A DNA stretch of 64,000 nt, taken from the human T2T-CHM13v2.0 reference genome, Homo sapiens. How positions within the stretch are numbered: the stretch's first letter is position 1; each line of letters starts with the position of its first letter. The position numbers were made by a program, and so were the translations under genes. Shown here in pieces: positions 23,243-45,167 of the stretch. The DNA is taken from the NCBI RefSeq assembly GCF_009914755.1, contig NC_060943.1. One strand, given 5' to 3'. Under the pieces are notes generated by a model. The model was not told the origin of the DNA. It did no database searches and worked only from the letters and a program-made list of their open reading frames with translations.

Positions 23243-23295
23243 GTCCCAGTCCTCGGGCGCTGTCCAGCGCCTGCCAGGCCCCACGGCCGTGTCGC

Positions 23296-23561
23296 TCACT
23301 CGGGTGGCGGCCGACCCGCCTCATCAGGGCCTTCCGCGGAGGCCGTCCCGTCGTCCTCGGGCACCAGCTCCACGTCCAGCTCCAGCTGCCCCATGTAGAG
23401 GCCCACGGCGCACGCCCAGAGCAGGCTGGCGGCCAGCACGGCGCCCGCGCCCACGGCCGCGCCCCCCAGCGTCAGCTGCATGGGTCCTCGCAGCGCCGCC
23501 AGGCCCACGGCGTACGAGGCGCTGCCCCACACCACGCACAGGCCGCCCAGCAGGAAGAAGC
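23296..23561 (-). CDS. TMEM160: TMEM160 exon 3 (GFFLLGGLCVVWG...EAGRPPPE*)
   Basis: cgcag|GCTTC; hydrophobic TM segments; TGA at 23296-23298. Confidence 0.96.
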
Positions 23562-23901
23562 CTGCGGGAGAGGCAGGGTAGCAACAGGGCCAAGGTCGGG
23601 GGATGGTCTGGGAGCAAAGCCAGGGTTGAGGAGACAGGAACAGAGGCAGGGCAGTGCCAGGGGCTAGCCTGCATCTTTGAGAATCAGATCGGAGGGGAGG
23701 GGACCATAACCATGTCCTGGGCCACCCATTCAGATGGACCTAGTGCCTATGGGAGGGGTGTCTTCTGGTGGGGGAAGAATGGGGGTTCTATACTTACTAC
23801 TGGGAGTGGGATGGGGTAGGAGAGTCTACTCTCACCAGGGCAGGTGATAGGGGCTCTGCATTCCCTGGTTCCGTGGGGCGAGAGGGGGGGTCTGCACTCA
23901 C

Positions 23902-23994
23902 CATATGCTGCTTCCCGACCCATGTCACTCTGCATGAAGGAGATGACCCCGATGCCCGATGCCAGGAGGCCATTGCGGAACCAGGAGAGGAAGG
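23902..23994 (-). CDS. TMEM160: TMEM160 exon 2 (AFLSWFRNGLLASGIGVISFMQSDMGREAAY)
   Basis: ctccag|CCTTC...TATG|gtgagt; 93 nt. Confidence 0.96.
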
Positions 23995-24742
23995 CTGGAG
24001 GGAGGGGGACATAGGGGGATTAACATCACCCCCAACCCTACCTCCTCAATCCCCCTTACCCAGTCAAACTGAGGGGCCTCCCTTCAGCTCACCCCATCCC
24101 ATCCAGCCGCAAGGCAAGCCCATCCCAAATCCTCACCTCTTCCAGGAAGCCGCTCACCTAACCATATCCCCCCACATCCTCTCTGGCCTCCACCTCAGTG
24201 CCCCTCTCCCCCAAACTCTGTAACACTAAGGATTCAAGGGCCGGGTGTGGTGGCTCACCCCTGTAATCCCAGCACTTTGGGAGGCCAAGGCAGGCGGATC
24301 ATGAGGTCAGGAGTTTGAGACCAGCCTGGCCAACATAGTCAAACCCTGTCTCTACTAAAAATGTTAAAATTAGCAGGGTGTGGTAGCACGTGCTTGTAGT
24401 CCCAGCTACTCAGGAAGCTGAGGGAGGAGAATCACTTGAATCCAGGAGGTAGAGGTTGCAGCGAGCCAAGATCATGCCACTGCACTCCAGCCTGGGCGAC
24501 AGAGTGAGACTCCGTCTCAAAAAAAATAAAGGATTCAAGATAGTCCCTGCAGAATGTGGAGGACAATCTAGGGGCAAAGTTGCAGAACCTCCATCTGAGG
24601 AGTCATCTTGGCCAAACCCCTCCCTCTACGTGTACCCCCACGGCCTGCCCACTCACTTCTTTCTCAGAACTCTGGGACAAACTGTTTCCTAATCCAGGCC
24701 GCTCTTCAGCCTCGCCCTTCTTTTCCTTCAAATGCCGCCATC

Positions 24743-24817
24743 TCCTACCGAGTATGGCCTGGGCCAATCCCATCCATGTCCTACCGAGTATGGCCTGGGC
24801 CAATCCCACCCACGTCC
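24743..24817. repeat. 36-bp tandem duplication in TMEM160 intron 1
   Basis: TCCTACCGAGTATGGCCTGGGCCAATCCCAYCCAYG x2. Confidence 0.9.
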
Positions 24818-25439
24818 GTCCCCATTCACGTCCTTTACAAACAGCCCACCACACCCTATATCTAGATGCCCGGTCCTGGCCTAGTGAGGTGACTCACACC
24901 TATAATCCCAGCACTTTGGGAAGCCAAGGCAGGAGGATTCTCTGAGCCCAAGAGTTCAGACCAGCCTGGGCAACAAAGCAAGACCCCGTCTCTACATAAA
25001 TTAAAATAGTTGGGTGCGGTGGTGTATGCCTGTAGCTCCAGCTAAGCAGGAGGCTGAGGCAAGAGGATAGCTTGAGCCCAGGAGTTCAAGGCTGCAGTGG
25101 GCTACGATTGCGCCACTGCGGTCCAGCCTCGGTGACAGAGCAAGACACCATCATTAAAAAAATAAAATTAAAAAAAAAACAAACATGGCCAGTCCGCTCC
25201 ATTCTGGACCTCGCCTCCGTCACAAGCCCCGCCCTCTGCAGCCTAGATCACCTCCCCCTCCAATCAGCAGAGAGCTTTCTCCCGATTGGTTGTCCCCTTC
25301 TCCAATCCTGAACTTCCCCCTCTTCTGCGGGGATCCACACTCCCGCTCTCTGCACAGTGGTGGCCTCTTGCAATCGGGATGGACCCATCTTGTACCCAAC
25401 TCCACAGACCCTAAGCTCTCCCTGAAGCCCCTCTCCCCA

Positions 25440-26647
<1,208 letters not shown>

Positions 26648-27171
26648 TGATCCAACCGCCTCGGCCTCCAAAAGTGCTGGGATTACAGGCGTGAGCCACC
26701 GTGCCCGGCCAGGTCTGTCTCTTTAAGACAGATTTGTTTTCTTTGCCCTAACCCATTCCGGGATTCAGCTTTGCCTTCTCTCATCAGCATAAACCTTTTC
26801 ACTAGCCAGGAATGTGAAAAATGTGTCTGGAATATTTTCAATTTGCACTTAATCCCATTTAAAGCTTCACATTCATTGCAAGCCTGCAGGCTATGCAGTG
26901 CAGTCCATTTGAACTCCCTCCTCAAGTGTAACCCCCTTGCTAGCTCCCCTACTTTTCCTCTTCATAAAATCCAAGCCCGGGCCAGGCACGGTGGCTCACA
27001 TCTGTAATCCCACCACTTTGGGAGTCTGAGGCGGGCAGATCACGAGATCAGGAGTTCGAGACCAGCCTGACCAACATGGTGAAACCCCGTCTCTACTAAA
27101 AATACAAAAATTAGGCATGGTGGCAGGCACCTGTAATCCCAGCTACTTGTGAGGCTGAGGCAGGAGAATCG

Positions 27172-27601
27172 TTTCATGCGCGTCCATGTGAAGAGACCAC
27201 CAAACAGGCTTTGTGTGAGCAAGATGGCTGTTTATTTCACCTGGCTGCAGGCAGGCTGAGTCCGAAAAGAGAGTCAGCAAAGGGTGGTGGATTATCATTA
27301 GTTCTTAGAGGTTTTGGGATAGGCGGTGAAGTTAAGAGCAATGTTTTGCGGGCAGGGGTGGATCTCACACAGTACATTCTCAAGGGTGGGGAGAATTACA
27401 AAGAACCTTCTTAAGGGTGGGGGAGATTACAAAGTACATTGATCAGTTAGGTGGGGCAGGAACAAATCACAATGGTGGAATGTCATCAGTTAAGGCTATT
27501 TTTACTTCTTTTGTGGATCTTCAGTTACTTCAGGCCATCTGGATGTATACGTGCAAGTCACAGGTGATGCGATGGCTTGGCTTGGGCTCAGAGGCCTGAC
27601 A
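27172..27601 (-). repeat. HERV-H 3' LTR
   Basis: Direct repeat of 32281-32710 with 7 substitutions; AATAAA at 27231-27236. Confidence 0.9.
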
Positions 27602-30600
27602 TTTCTGCCTTCTTTTATTAATAAGAAAAATAAAACAAAATAGTGTTGAAGTCTTGGGGGGTGGTATGGAGAGAGAATGGGCGATGTTTCTCGGGGCTGC
27701 TTCAAGCAGGATTAGGGGCGGCGTGCGAACCTAAAGTGGGAGAGATTAAGCTGAAGGAAGATTTTGTGGTAAGGGGTGATATTGTGGGGTTGTTAGAAGA
27801 AACATTTGTTGTGTAGAAGTATTGGTGATGGCCTGGGTACAGTTTTGTATGAATTGAAAAACTAAATGGAATAAGAGAAGGAGAAAAACAGGTATAAAAG
27901 GTCTAAGAATTGGGAGGACCTAGGACATCTGATTAGAGAGTGCCTAAGGAGATTCAGCATAGTCCTGCCAGCAAAGATTATTTGTTTACTTCAGGAGTTA
28001 AGAGTGGCAGTTTGGGGATAGCATGAGGAGATATCAGCTGTGATGGCTTGGAGAAACAGTGTAAACCAGCAGTGTAAACAAGAGCAGGGCACGTATGAGT
28101 AGTTGAGAACGGAGAATAGGAGTATGACTAGACAGAAAATAGTAGGGATGACAAGTTTTTTTGGGGCACAGTCTAAGTTGGTCCGGTGTCTGGAATGAGA
28201 CTGGGGCCTAATAAAAAGGATTGTCCATACAGGAGCTCAAATAGGCTGTACCCTGCAGCATTCTGAGAAGCAAAAGAGGTAAAAGTATTGTCCAGTCCTT
28301 TTTAAGTTGGTGGCTGAGCTTGGTGAGGTGTGTTTTTAAAAGACCTTTAGTCCGTTCTACTTTTCTTGAAGACAGAGTACCGTAAGGGATATAAAGGTTT
28401 CACTGAATACTAAGAGCCTGAAAAACTGCTTGGCTGATTTGACTAATAAAGGCTGGTCTGTTATCAGACTGTATAGAGGTGGGAAGGCTAAACTGAGGAA
28501 TTATGTCTGACAGAAGGGAAGAAATGACTGCGGTGGCCTTCTCAGACCTTGTAGAAAAGGCCTGTACCTATCCAGTGAAAGTGTCTGCCTAGACTAAGAG
28601 GTATTTTGGTTTCCTGACTCGGGGCATGTTGAGTAAAGCTAATTTGCCAGTCCTGGGTGGGGGCAAATCCCTGAGCTTGATGTGTAGGGAAGGGAGGGGG
28701 CCTGAATAATCCCTGAGGAGTAGTAGAACAGCAGATGGAACACTGAGAAGTGATTTCCTTGAGGACAGATTTCCACGATGGAAAGGAAATGAGAGGTTCT
28801 AAGAGGCGGGCTCATGGCTTGTACTATAGCATAGCCTGCCTTTGCTGGTGTGTGGCGATTAGGCCTGGTGGAACTGCCATCAATAAATCAAGCGTGATCA
28901 GAGTGAGGAACAGGAAAGAAGGAAATATGGGGAAATGGGGTGAATATCAGGTGGATCAGAGAGATACAGTCATGGGGGTCAGGTGTGGTATCAGGAATAA
29001 TGTGGGAGGCCAGATTGAAGTCCGGGCCAGGAACAATGGTAATTGTGGGACTTAAGAGTGAGTGCAGCTGAAGGAGCCGGGGAGCAGAAAGTACATGCGT
29101 CAGGTATGAGGAAGAAAATAGATTTTGGAAGTTATGAGAAATGTAGAGAGTGAGTTGAGCATAGTTTGTGATTTTTAGGGCTCTAAAAGTATTAAAGCAG
29201 CGGCAGTTGCTGCACGCAGACATGAGGGCTAGGCTAAAACAGTAAGGTCAAGTTGTTTGGACAGAAAGGCTACAGGGTGCGGTCCTGGCTCTTGTGTAAG
29301 AATTCTGACCACACTAACCATGCCTAGGAAGGAAAGGAGTTGTTTTATAAGGGATTGAGGTTTGGGAGATTAATCGGACACGATCAGCAGGGAGAGCACC
29401 TGTGTTTTTATGAAGAATTATGCTGAGATAGGTAACAGATGAGGATGAAATTTGGGCTTGACTGAAGTAATGGGGGCTGTCTGTGAAGCCTTGCGGCAGT
29501 ACAGCCCAGGTAATTTGCTGAGCCTAATGGGTGTCAGGGTCAGTCCAAGTGAAAGCGAAGAGAGGCTGGGATGATGGGTGCAAAGGAATAGTAAAGAAAG
29601 CATGTTTGAGATCCAGAATAATGGGTTGTGGAGGGAGGTATTGAGGATAGGAGAGTATATGGGTTTGGCACCATGGGGTGGATAGGCAAAACAATTTGGT
29701 TGATAAGGCACAGATCCTGAACTAACTTGTAAGGCTTGTCTGGTTTTAGGACAGGTAAAATGGGGGAATTGTAAGGAGAGTTTATAGGCTTAAAAGGCCT
29801 TACCCATTGAGCAGGGTAAGGGTGATTAGGTTTTAATGAGATGGTAAGGGGTGCATGATCGGTTGCCAAGGAAGGAGTAGAGGTATCTTATACTTGTGGG
29901 TTAAGGTGGGGGAATACAAGAGGAGGACGCAAAGGAGGCTTTGGATTGGGAAGAAGGGCAGCAATGAGATGTAGCTGTAATCCAGGAATAGTCAGGGAAG
30001 CAGATGATTTAGTTAAAGTGTCTCGGCCTAATAAGGGAACTGGGCAGGTGGAGATAACTAAAAGGAGTGCTTTAAAGAGTATCGTCTAAGTTGGCACCAG
30101 AGTTGGGGAGTTTTAAGAGGTTTAGAAGCCTGGCTGTCAATACCCACAACAGTTATGGAGGCAAGGGAAACAGGCCCTTGAAAAGAAGGTAATGTGGAGT
30201 GGGTAGCCTCCATATTGATTAAGGGGACGGACTTATCTTCCACTGTGATAGTTACTCGAAGCTCGGCGTCTGTGATGGTCTACGGGGCTTTCGAGGTGAT
30301 CGGGCAGCGTCAGTCTTCAGCCGCCAAGCCGAGAAGGAGTCAGTTGGAGAGCCTTGGGCCAGAGTTCCAGGGGCTCTGGGAGTGGCTGCCAGGTGAGTTG
30401 AACAGTCCGATTTTCAGTGGGGGTCCCACACAGATGGGACGCGGCCTAGGAGGAATCCCAGGCTGCGGGCATTCCTTGGCCCAGTGGCCAGATTTCCAGC
30501 ATGTGTAGCAAGTTCCTGGGGGAGGAGGTTCTGGAGGAACGCCTGGCTGCTGCGGTTCGGGCGTTTGGAAGTTCTTGCGTGCTGGAGATGTGGCTGGGGT

Positions 30601-32260
30601 TTGTCTCACAGTGGAGGCAAGGAATTGCAACTTTTTTTCTGTTATTGTACACCTTGAAGGCGAGGTTAATTAAGTCCTGTTGTGGGGTTTGAGAGCCAGA
30701 TTCCAATTTTTGGAGTTTTATTTAATGTCAGGAGCAGATTGGGTAATAAAATGTATATTGAGAATAAGACGGCCTTTTGACCTTTTAGGGTCTAGGGCTA
30801 TAAAGCGTCTCAGGGTTGCTGTCAAACGAGCCATGTACTGGGCTGGATTTTTATATTTGAAGAAAAAGAGCCTAAACGCCATCTGATTTGGGATAAAGAA
30901 AAAGGAGCATTAACCTTGACTATGCCTTTAGCTCCAGCCACCTTTTTAAGAATAAATTGCTGCGCAGGTGGGGAAGGGCTAGTCACGGAACGAAACTGTA
31001 AACCATACCGGATGTGAGGAGGGGAGGTGATGAAACGATTATAGGGTGGAGGAGCGGAGGCTGAGGAAGAATTGGGACCTAGCTTGGCCTGGCGAGGAGG
31101 GGAGAGGTCAGTTGGGTCTGTAGAAAAGGAAGATTAGAAAGACTCAGCAACGCTTGGGGTTGGGACTGAGGGGACAGGTGGGAGGGAAAGAAGGAAGATT
31201 TGGGACGAGTTGCATTGGGCACAGAGACTAGGAAGGGACTGTGATGTGTAAAAGAATGCCTGGACGTCAGGCACCTCAGACCATTTGCCTATTTTACGAC
31301 AAGAATTATTTAGATCTTGCAGGATGGAAAAATTCAAAGTGCCATTTTCTGGCTATTTGGAACTACTATCGAGTTTGTATTGGGGTCAAGCAGCATTGCA
31401 GAAGAAAATAAGGCGTTTAGGTTTTAGGTCAGGTGTGAGTTGAAGAGGTTTTAAGTTCTTGAGAAGACAGGCTAAGGGAGAAGGAGGAATGGAGGGTGGA
31501 AGTTTGCCCATAGTGAAGGAGGCAAACCCAGAGAAAAGAGAGCGTAGAGACACGGAGGGAAGGGGTTCAGGGGTTCTTACCCTCCAGAAAAGCAGGAAGC
31601 GGGGTCGGGGCATGGAAATAAGGGATTGGGGCACAGAGATAAGAGGTTGGGGTGCGGAAATAAGGGATTGGGGGTTCTTGACCCCTAGAAAAGCGGGACT
31701 TGCCACTAAGGGTGAAGGAGAAGGGGTTGATGGGTACTTGTCCCTTCCCCAGAAAAGCAGAGAAGGGGTAGAGACACAGAGAAGGGGTTGGGGAACTTAC
31801 CCCTCCCCCAGAAAAGCGGGACTTGCCACCAAGGATGAAGGACCAAGGCAGGCGTCCCTGCGTGGTCTGACACCTTTGAAACGTGGGTGAATAATCAGAG
31901 AGGCGTCCTTGCAATGATTAAACACCAAGGGAAGGCTGCCTTCCCAGTCCGTGACCAGCGCCAGAGTTTTGGGTCCACAGATAAAACGTGTCTCCTTTGT
32001 CTCTACCAGAAAACGAAAGGAATAGAAATTAAGAGAAGGGAGAGATTGAAGTGTGGCGCCAAGATTGAAAGGAGAAAGAGGTTGAGAGATAGTGAGGGAG
32101 GTTGGAAAAGAGTAAAAAGAGGCCGCTTACCGGATTTGAAATTGGTGAGTTGTTTCTTGGGCTGGTCTGTCTGAGGACCTGAGGTCGTAGGTGGATCTTT
32201 CTCACAGAGCAAAGAGCAGGAGGATGGGGGATTGATCTCCCAAGGGAGGTCGGTCCCCCG

Positions 32261-32278
32261 ATCCGAGTCACGGCACCA
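32261..32278 (-). other. Primer binding site complementary to tRNA-His
   Basis: TGGTGCCGTGACTCGGAT two bases after the 5' LTR. Confidence 0.92.
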
Positions 32279-32280
32279 AA

Positions 32281-32710
32281 TTTCATGCGCGTCCGTGTGA
32301 AGAGACCACCAAACAGGCTTTGTGTGAGCAACATGGCTGTTTATTTCACCTGGCTGCAGGCAGGCTGAGTCCGAAAAGAGAGTCAGCAAAGGGTGGTGGA
32401 TTATCATTAGTTCTGAGAGGTTTTGGGATAGGCGGTGAAGTTAAGAACAATGTTTTGCGGGCAGGGGTGGATCTCACACAGTACATTCTCAAGGGTGGGG
32501 AGAATTACAAAGAACCTTCTTAAGGGTGGGGGAGATTACAAAGTACATTGATCAGTTAGGTGGGGCAGGAAGAAATCACAATGGTGGAATGTCATCAGTT
32601 AAGGCTATTTTTACTTCTTTTGTGGATCTTCAGTTACTTCAGGCCATCTGGATGTATACCTGCAAGTCTCAGGTGATGCGATGGCTTGGCTTGGGCTCAG
32701 AGGCCTGACA
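32281..32710 (-). repeat. HERV-H 5' LTR (LTR7 family, LTR7Y/7B-like)
   Basis: Starts TGTCAGGCCTCTGAGCCCAAGCC, ends GCGCATGAAA; AATAAA at 32340-32345; subfamily call from remembered consensus. Confidence 0.9.
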
Positions 32711-40985
<8,275 letters not shown>

Positions 40986-41503
40986 ACTGTATTGATCATG
41001 CATTCAGCCATCTATCCACCCATCCTTCATATTTGTTGATGCATTTCAAAGTAAGTTCCAACATCACAACAGACCCCTCCTCAGAGGATACCCCTGGCTA
41101 TCACATGGGTAGGGTGCCTGCTAAAGCTCGTCCCGTCCCTGGAAGCCAGCCCAGCTGTCCTGTCTGTGTTAATGGTCTTTCTATGAGCACTGCAGGGGCA
41201 GATCCAGGACTGTGCAGGTCACCCCTGGATCCCAAATGCTGAGCGTGGCCCGCACAGAAGCTCAGGGACCTTGGGATGTTGCTAGTAGGTGATCTACTGC
41301 CATCCACTGAGGACAGCTGACACTGTTTGGAGGCACAAATTGTCCCTCAGTGTCCTCATGTTACCCTGAGGCCGACCGCTGAGAGAATAGGTCCTTGTTT
41401 CACCCCCCAGCCACCTTCCACCCTCGTTAATTCCCAGGGCAAGGGATGGTCTGGGGCAGCCTGGAGAGACCAGACCCACAAGCTTTTTAAAATAACTGCA
41501 TCC

Positions 41504-41509
41504 TTTAAT
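41504..41509 (-). terminator. ZC3H4: ZC3H4 polyadenylation signal ATTAAA (3'UTR ~41490-43653)
   Basis: + strand tttaat at the end of an AU-rich, repeat-free UTR-like block; TGTGGGTCT downstream on - strand. Confidence 0.65.
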
Positions 41510-43653
41510 GGCAGTAATACAATTACTGGATTAAGAGACCACAGGAGAAAGGCAGGTGACGTTTCTGGAAGACAGATATGGAGTATAAAAAGGGTGTGAA
41601 ATAGTCATGCGGCGATCATTGTAAAAATACAGTTCATTATATACATATTTGCACCACCAACTCTCAACTCTGAAACAGTATTTACACTTTTGTTACAATC
41701 CTGGTTAGAGAACAATTTTTCTTTAAAAGCTCGGCCTGATGGCAAATGAGAATTTCGGGTGAATTCATAGTCCTATGAGGTTCTTAGGCTGAATATTCCA
41801 AGAGGAGGGCTCCAGCTTCTATTTCATCCACAGATTTCGGTTTAAAAAATATTTTTCTTTTACAAAAGAAAATTCTCAAAAGGAGAGGAAAAACAACAAC
41901 AAAAACCACAACACTGCCACACTGTGTATTCATACTTATTTTACAAACACCAAGGGCTGTGCCCTCTGCTTCAAGGCCAACACTGGTGGCTGAAGACAAA
42001 TCTCATTAATGATTGTGTAAAAAAAAAAAAAAAAAAAAAAGACAAAAAGACAAACCAACCAACCAGATCCCAGCACTGACCCCTCAGGGCTGTGCAGCCC
42101 TGTAGGACACCCTGCCTCCTGGCTCCAAACTATGAGTTTTTCATTTTTCTCTTTTTGGGGTGGGGTGGGATAGGAGCCTTGTTCACCCCACCCTGAGGAG
42201 GAGGGAAGGGGAATCCCTTGGCAGGTAACTAGGTCTCTTCATGGTCAGCAATGAAGAGCTTGGCCTGCAGCCACATGGTGGGCCAGGGAGACGGGCAGAT
42301 GCAGCCACAAGCACACACTTCCTGAGGCCCCTCAAGTGGCCCAGAGGCAGGATAGCAGGCCTCCCCCAGCACCCCTTGCGCCCATCTCTCGGGCTGTGTC
42401 CATAGGTGGGCCTCCTCCAGGGCTCTGCAGATGAGGCTGGCCCTCAGCCAGGGTGGGAGCATGGGGGGAGCAGAGGCTCCCCATCCCCTGGCTGCAGGGT
42501 TCCCACTCAGTCCGTTTCTTAAGTGTCCACAAATCCCACAGAGCAACACACCTTGGAACACCTGCATCTGCTGGCTTGGGAAAGGAAACCCGAACACATC
42601 AATACCTCATGCCCTGCAGGTCACACAGTGTAAGGAGGTGCGAGGAAAACAGAGAACACTTGGCCAGGAGCCACCCCAGGGTCCCCATTGTTGGGGCCTG
42701 GCGGCGCAGCCACTGCACGGATCCTGGAGCTGTCCGGGGCTGGGCTGCAGTGCAGGCATAGCGGGTGCGTGGCTTGAGGACCAGGACAGACCCTGGTGTG
42801 GGCAAGCAGGGTGTGGCCCACCTGATAGGACAGGTGGGGTAATACTGACAGAACGTGCGTGCTCCTAGGGGCTGCCTCCTAGAGGTGGCTCTTCAGGACT
42901 CTGCCCCACACCGGCCCCCACTACCTTTGGGTCCAGTTCTCACTGTGGAGGCTTCTGCTGCAGGCTGGGGGGCATCCGCTTGCTCTAGACGGAGGGTGGC
43001 AGGGAGGGCACGTGTGGTAATCCAGGGACAGGAGCAGGCATGCACCAGGGAGCCCCCATAGTGCCGCTGGGGGCTTTTTCCTTAATACCTTTTCACTCTC
43101 ACTGTCTCCTGAGTGGGTTGTTACAGCCTGCACTGAAAAGACAGTGATGGTGCACCCTAGGGTTCTAGAAACGCCTGGACCTGCTTCCACGCAGGCCCTG
43201 CCATGGTCTTGGTTCCGGGTCTCTTCGGGCACAGGGTGAGGAGCGTTCAATACCTTCCCAGACACCAACTGTTCCCTTTGTCCTGGGGAAAAGGGGCCAT
43301 GCTTTGCCCAGAAAACCCACTGGGCCTCCAGCAAGGCCCGGCCACGCAGAGCCCACAGAGTCTGAGGCCAGGCACTGGCGAAAGTTCACAGGTTTGCGGG
43401 CATGAGTCGGTTTGCTCAGCAGGAGCCCCTGAGCCCGCCACACTGACCAGAACTTAAGATGGTTATATACAATTTACAAATCTCAAAGAAAGTACTACTT
43501 TAAAAAAAAATAAAAGAGACGGAAAGCAAAAGAAAAAGAAAAGAAAAAAGGAACACCCAGCCTGCCTCCCCTTGCCCCCAAGTTCCCTACCCTGGGTGCT
43601 GCCCTGAATGCCACCCTAGGAAGGGTGGCTGGAGCCGCAGCTCTGGCTGGACA

Positions 43654-45167
43654 CTACTGGCAAAAGGGGGAGGCCGTGGGGTCGAAGCCTTTAAAAACAT
43701 CCTTCAGGGATGCCGCATCCTGCTCACCCTCGCGGGCCGGACTGTTCCCAGCAAATGGGCTTCCTGAGCCCGTCTTGGGTGTCTGCTTCACCGTCCCGAA
43801 GAGGGTGGGCACGGGCAGGTTGTGCACCCCGGGCTGGGGTGGGGCACCCTCGGGGGGTGGGGTGGCGGTGGTGGCAGCGGGGGCTGCAGCAGCCTTGGGC
43901 CGGGGCCGGTTGTAGCTGTTGTATCTGTCCGTGGGGGTGCCCCCATCAGCACCGGCCTTCCCTGTCTCTGGCTGTTCCAGGGCAGACTTGCGGACGAACG
44001 GGGGCTCCTTAGCCTTGGAGGCCGAGCTCTTGCCATTGCCCTCAGCACCCTTGGGCTGGGCACCCGTGTCAGCAGCCGGCTCTGTGGCTTTGCCCCCCGC
44101 GTTGGGAGTCCTCGGGTCGTAGAGGCTGATACCGCTCAGCACACTGCTCTGCCCGCCCCCTCCGCCCTGGCCCAGTCCACCGGCCGCCAGCACGCGGGGG
44201 TCGTAGGGAGCGGTGGCTGGTGGGGAGGCATCCCCACTCGGGCTGGCGGTGGGAGAGGGCGCCTCAGCAGGGCCGGGCTTGGCAGCCCGGGAGGAGGCCG
44301 TAGAGTCTGTGGGTTTCTGCAGCCGAGGGTCGGTGGGGGCCTTCCGCACCCGGGGGTCACTGGGTTTGTCGCTGGAACCGGGGGCGGCCGAGGAGCCGGT
44401 GGCATTGACTGTCTTGAGGATGCGAGACAGAAGTTCAAAGTCGGGGAGGTTGGCGCCCTGTGTGCTGGAATCCGTGGAGGCGCCCGGGCGCTGCCGGGCG
44501 TTGGGGGGCCCTGCCGTGGCAGCGCGGTGCAGCCGGGGGTCCAGGGTGGGCATGGATTGCAGGGCCGCGGGCACGGGGGGCACTGCGTCCTGCTTGGGGA
44601 TGGGTAGGGGGATCAGGTCCTCGGGATTCCAGAGCACGGTGCGGGCGAAGCTGGGCTTGCTCAGGGTCACGTCCTTCTTGATGTGGCTGAACTGCTGCAG
44701 CTGTGACCGTGGGTCCCGCAGAGGGTGCCCGGGGAGTGGGTCCAGGGGAATGTTCACGGCCTTCTCCCGCAGGGCCCGCTCCCCTTCCTCCTCCTCCGTT
44801 GGGGGCGGCCCAGACCCCTTGGAACTGCTGGGGCCCACAGGGCTGGAATGAAGGCTGCCTTCGGGCTTGGAGGTGGGCAGGGCGCGAGCCAGCCGAGGAT
44901 CGGAGGGTCCCGAATCACCTGGGCCAGACCCGCCAGAAGCCTCCACATGGCGGGTGAGTCTGGGGTCCCGGCTGAGGCGAGGGTCAGCCAGCCGGCTTCC
45001 TGTGGGGTGTCCCTTCTGGAGGCGGGGGTCCCCCAGCCCACTGCTGCTCAGCTCCCCAACTGAAGCCGGGGGTCGGCTGGACGTCTGCTGCCTCAAGGTC
45101 TTCAGGATGGAGGTGACACTGCTTCCACCCTCATCCTCATCACTTGAGTACCAGTTTCCGGTGTCAC
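43654..45167 (-). CDS. ZC3H4: ZC3H4 last exon (GDTGNWYSSDEDEGG...ten DPR motifs...DPTASPFCQ*)
   Basis: ttcccag|GTGAC; ORF 43654..45216; TAG at 43654-43656. Confidence 0.96.

Larger units (their letters stand above)
27172..32710 (-). mobile_element. HERV-H provirus, common internally deleted form (5.5 kb), coding-defective
   Basis: Two 430-bp LTRs; tRNA-His PBS; gag CCHC knuckle (CYTCWKSGHWAKEC, ORF 30340..30630); pro remnant (LINMEATHSTLP); RT remnant (PYNSPILPV..LVQDL..PNPYTLL, ORF 29540..29869); PPT next to the 3' LTR. Confidence 0.95.

Noticed and set aside
31540-31845. Repeated AGAAAAGCGGGACTTGCCAC units resembling an array
   Set aside because: Part of the HERV-H leader repeats; not CRISPR-like
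27602-32260. HERV-H gag/pro/pol/env as functional genes
   Set aside because: Only short broken fragments remain; the protease active-site motif is lost and pol/env are largely deleted
32261-32278. tRNA-His-like sequence
   Set aside because: It is the 18-nt retroviral primer binding site, not a tRNA gene
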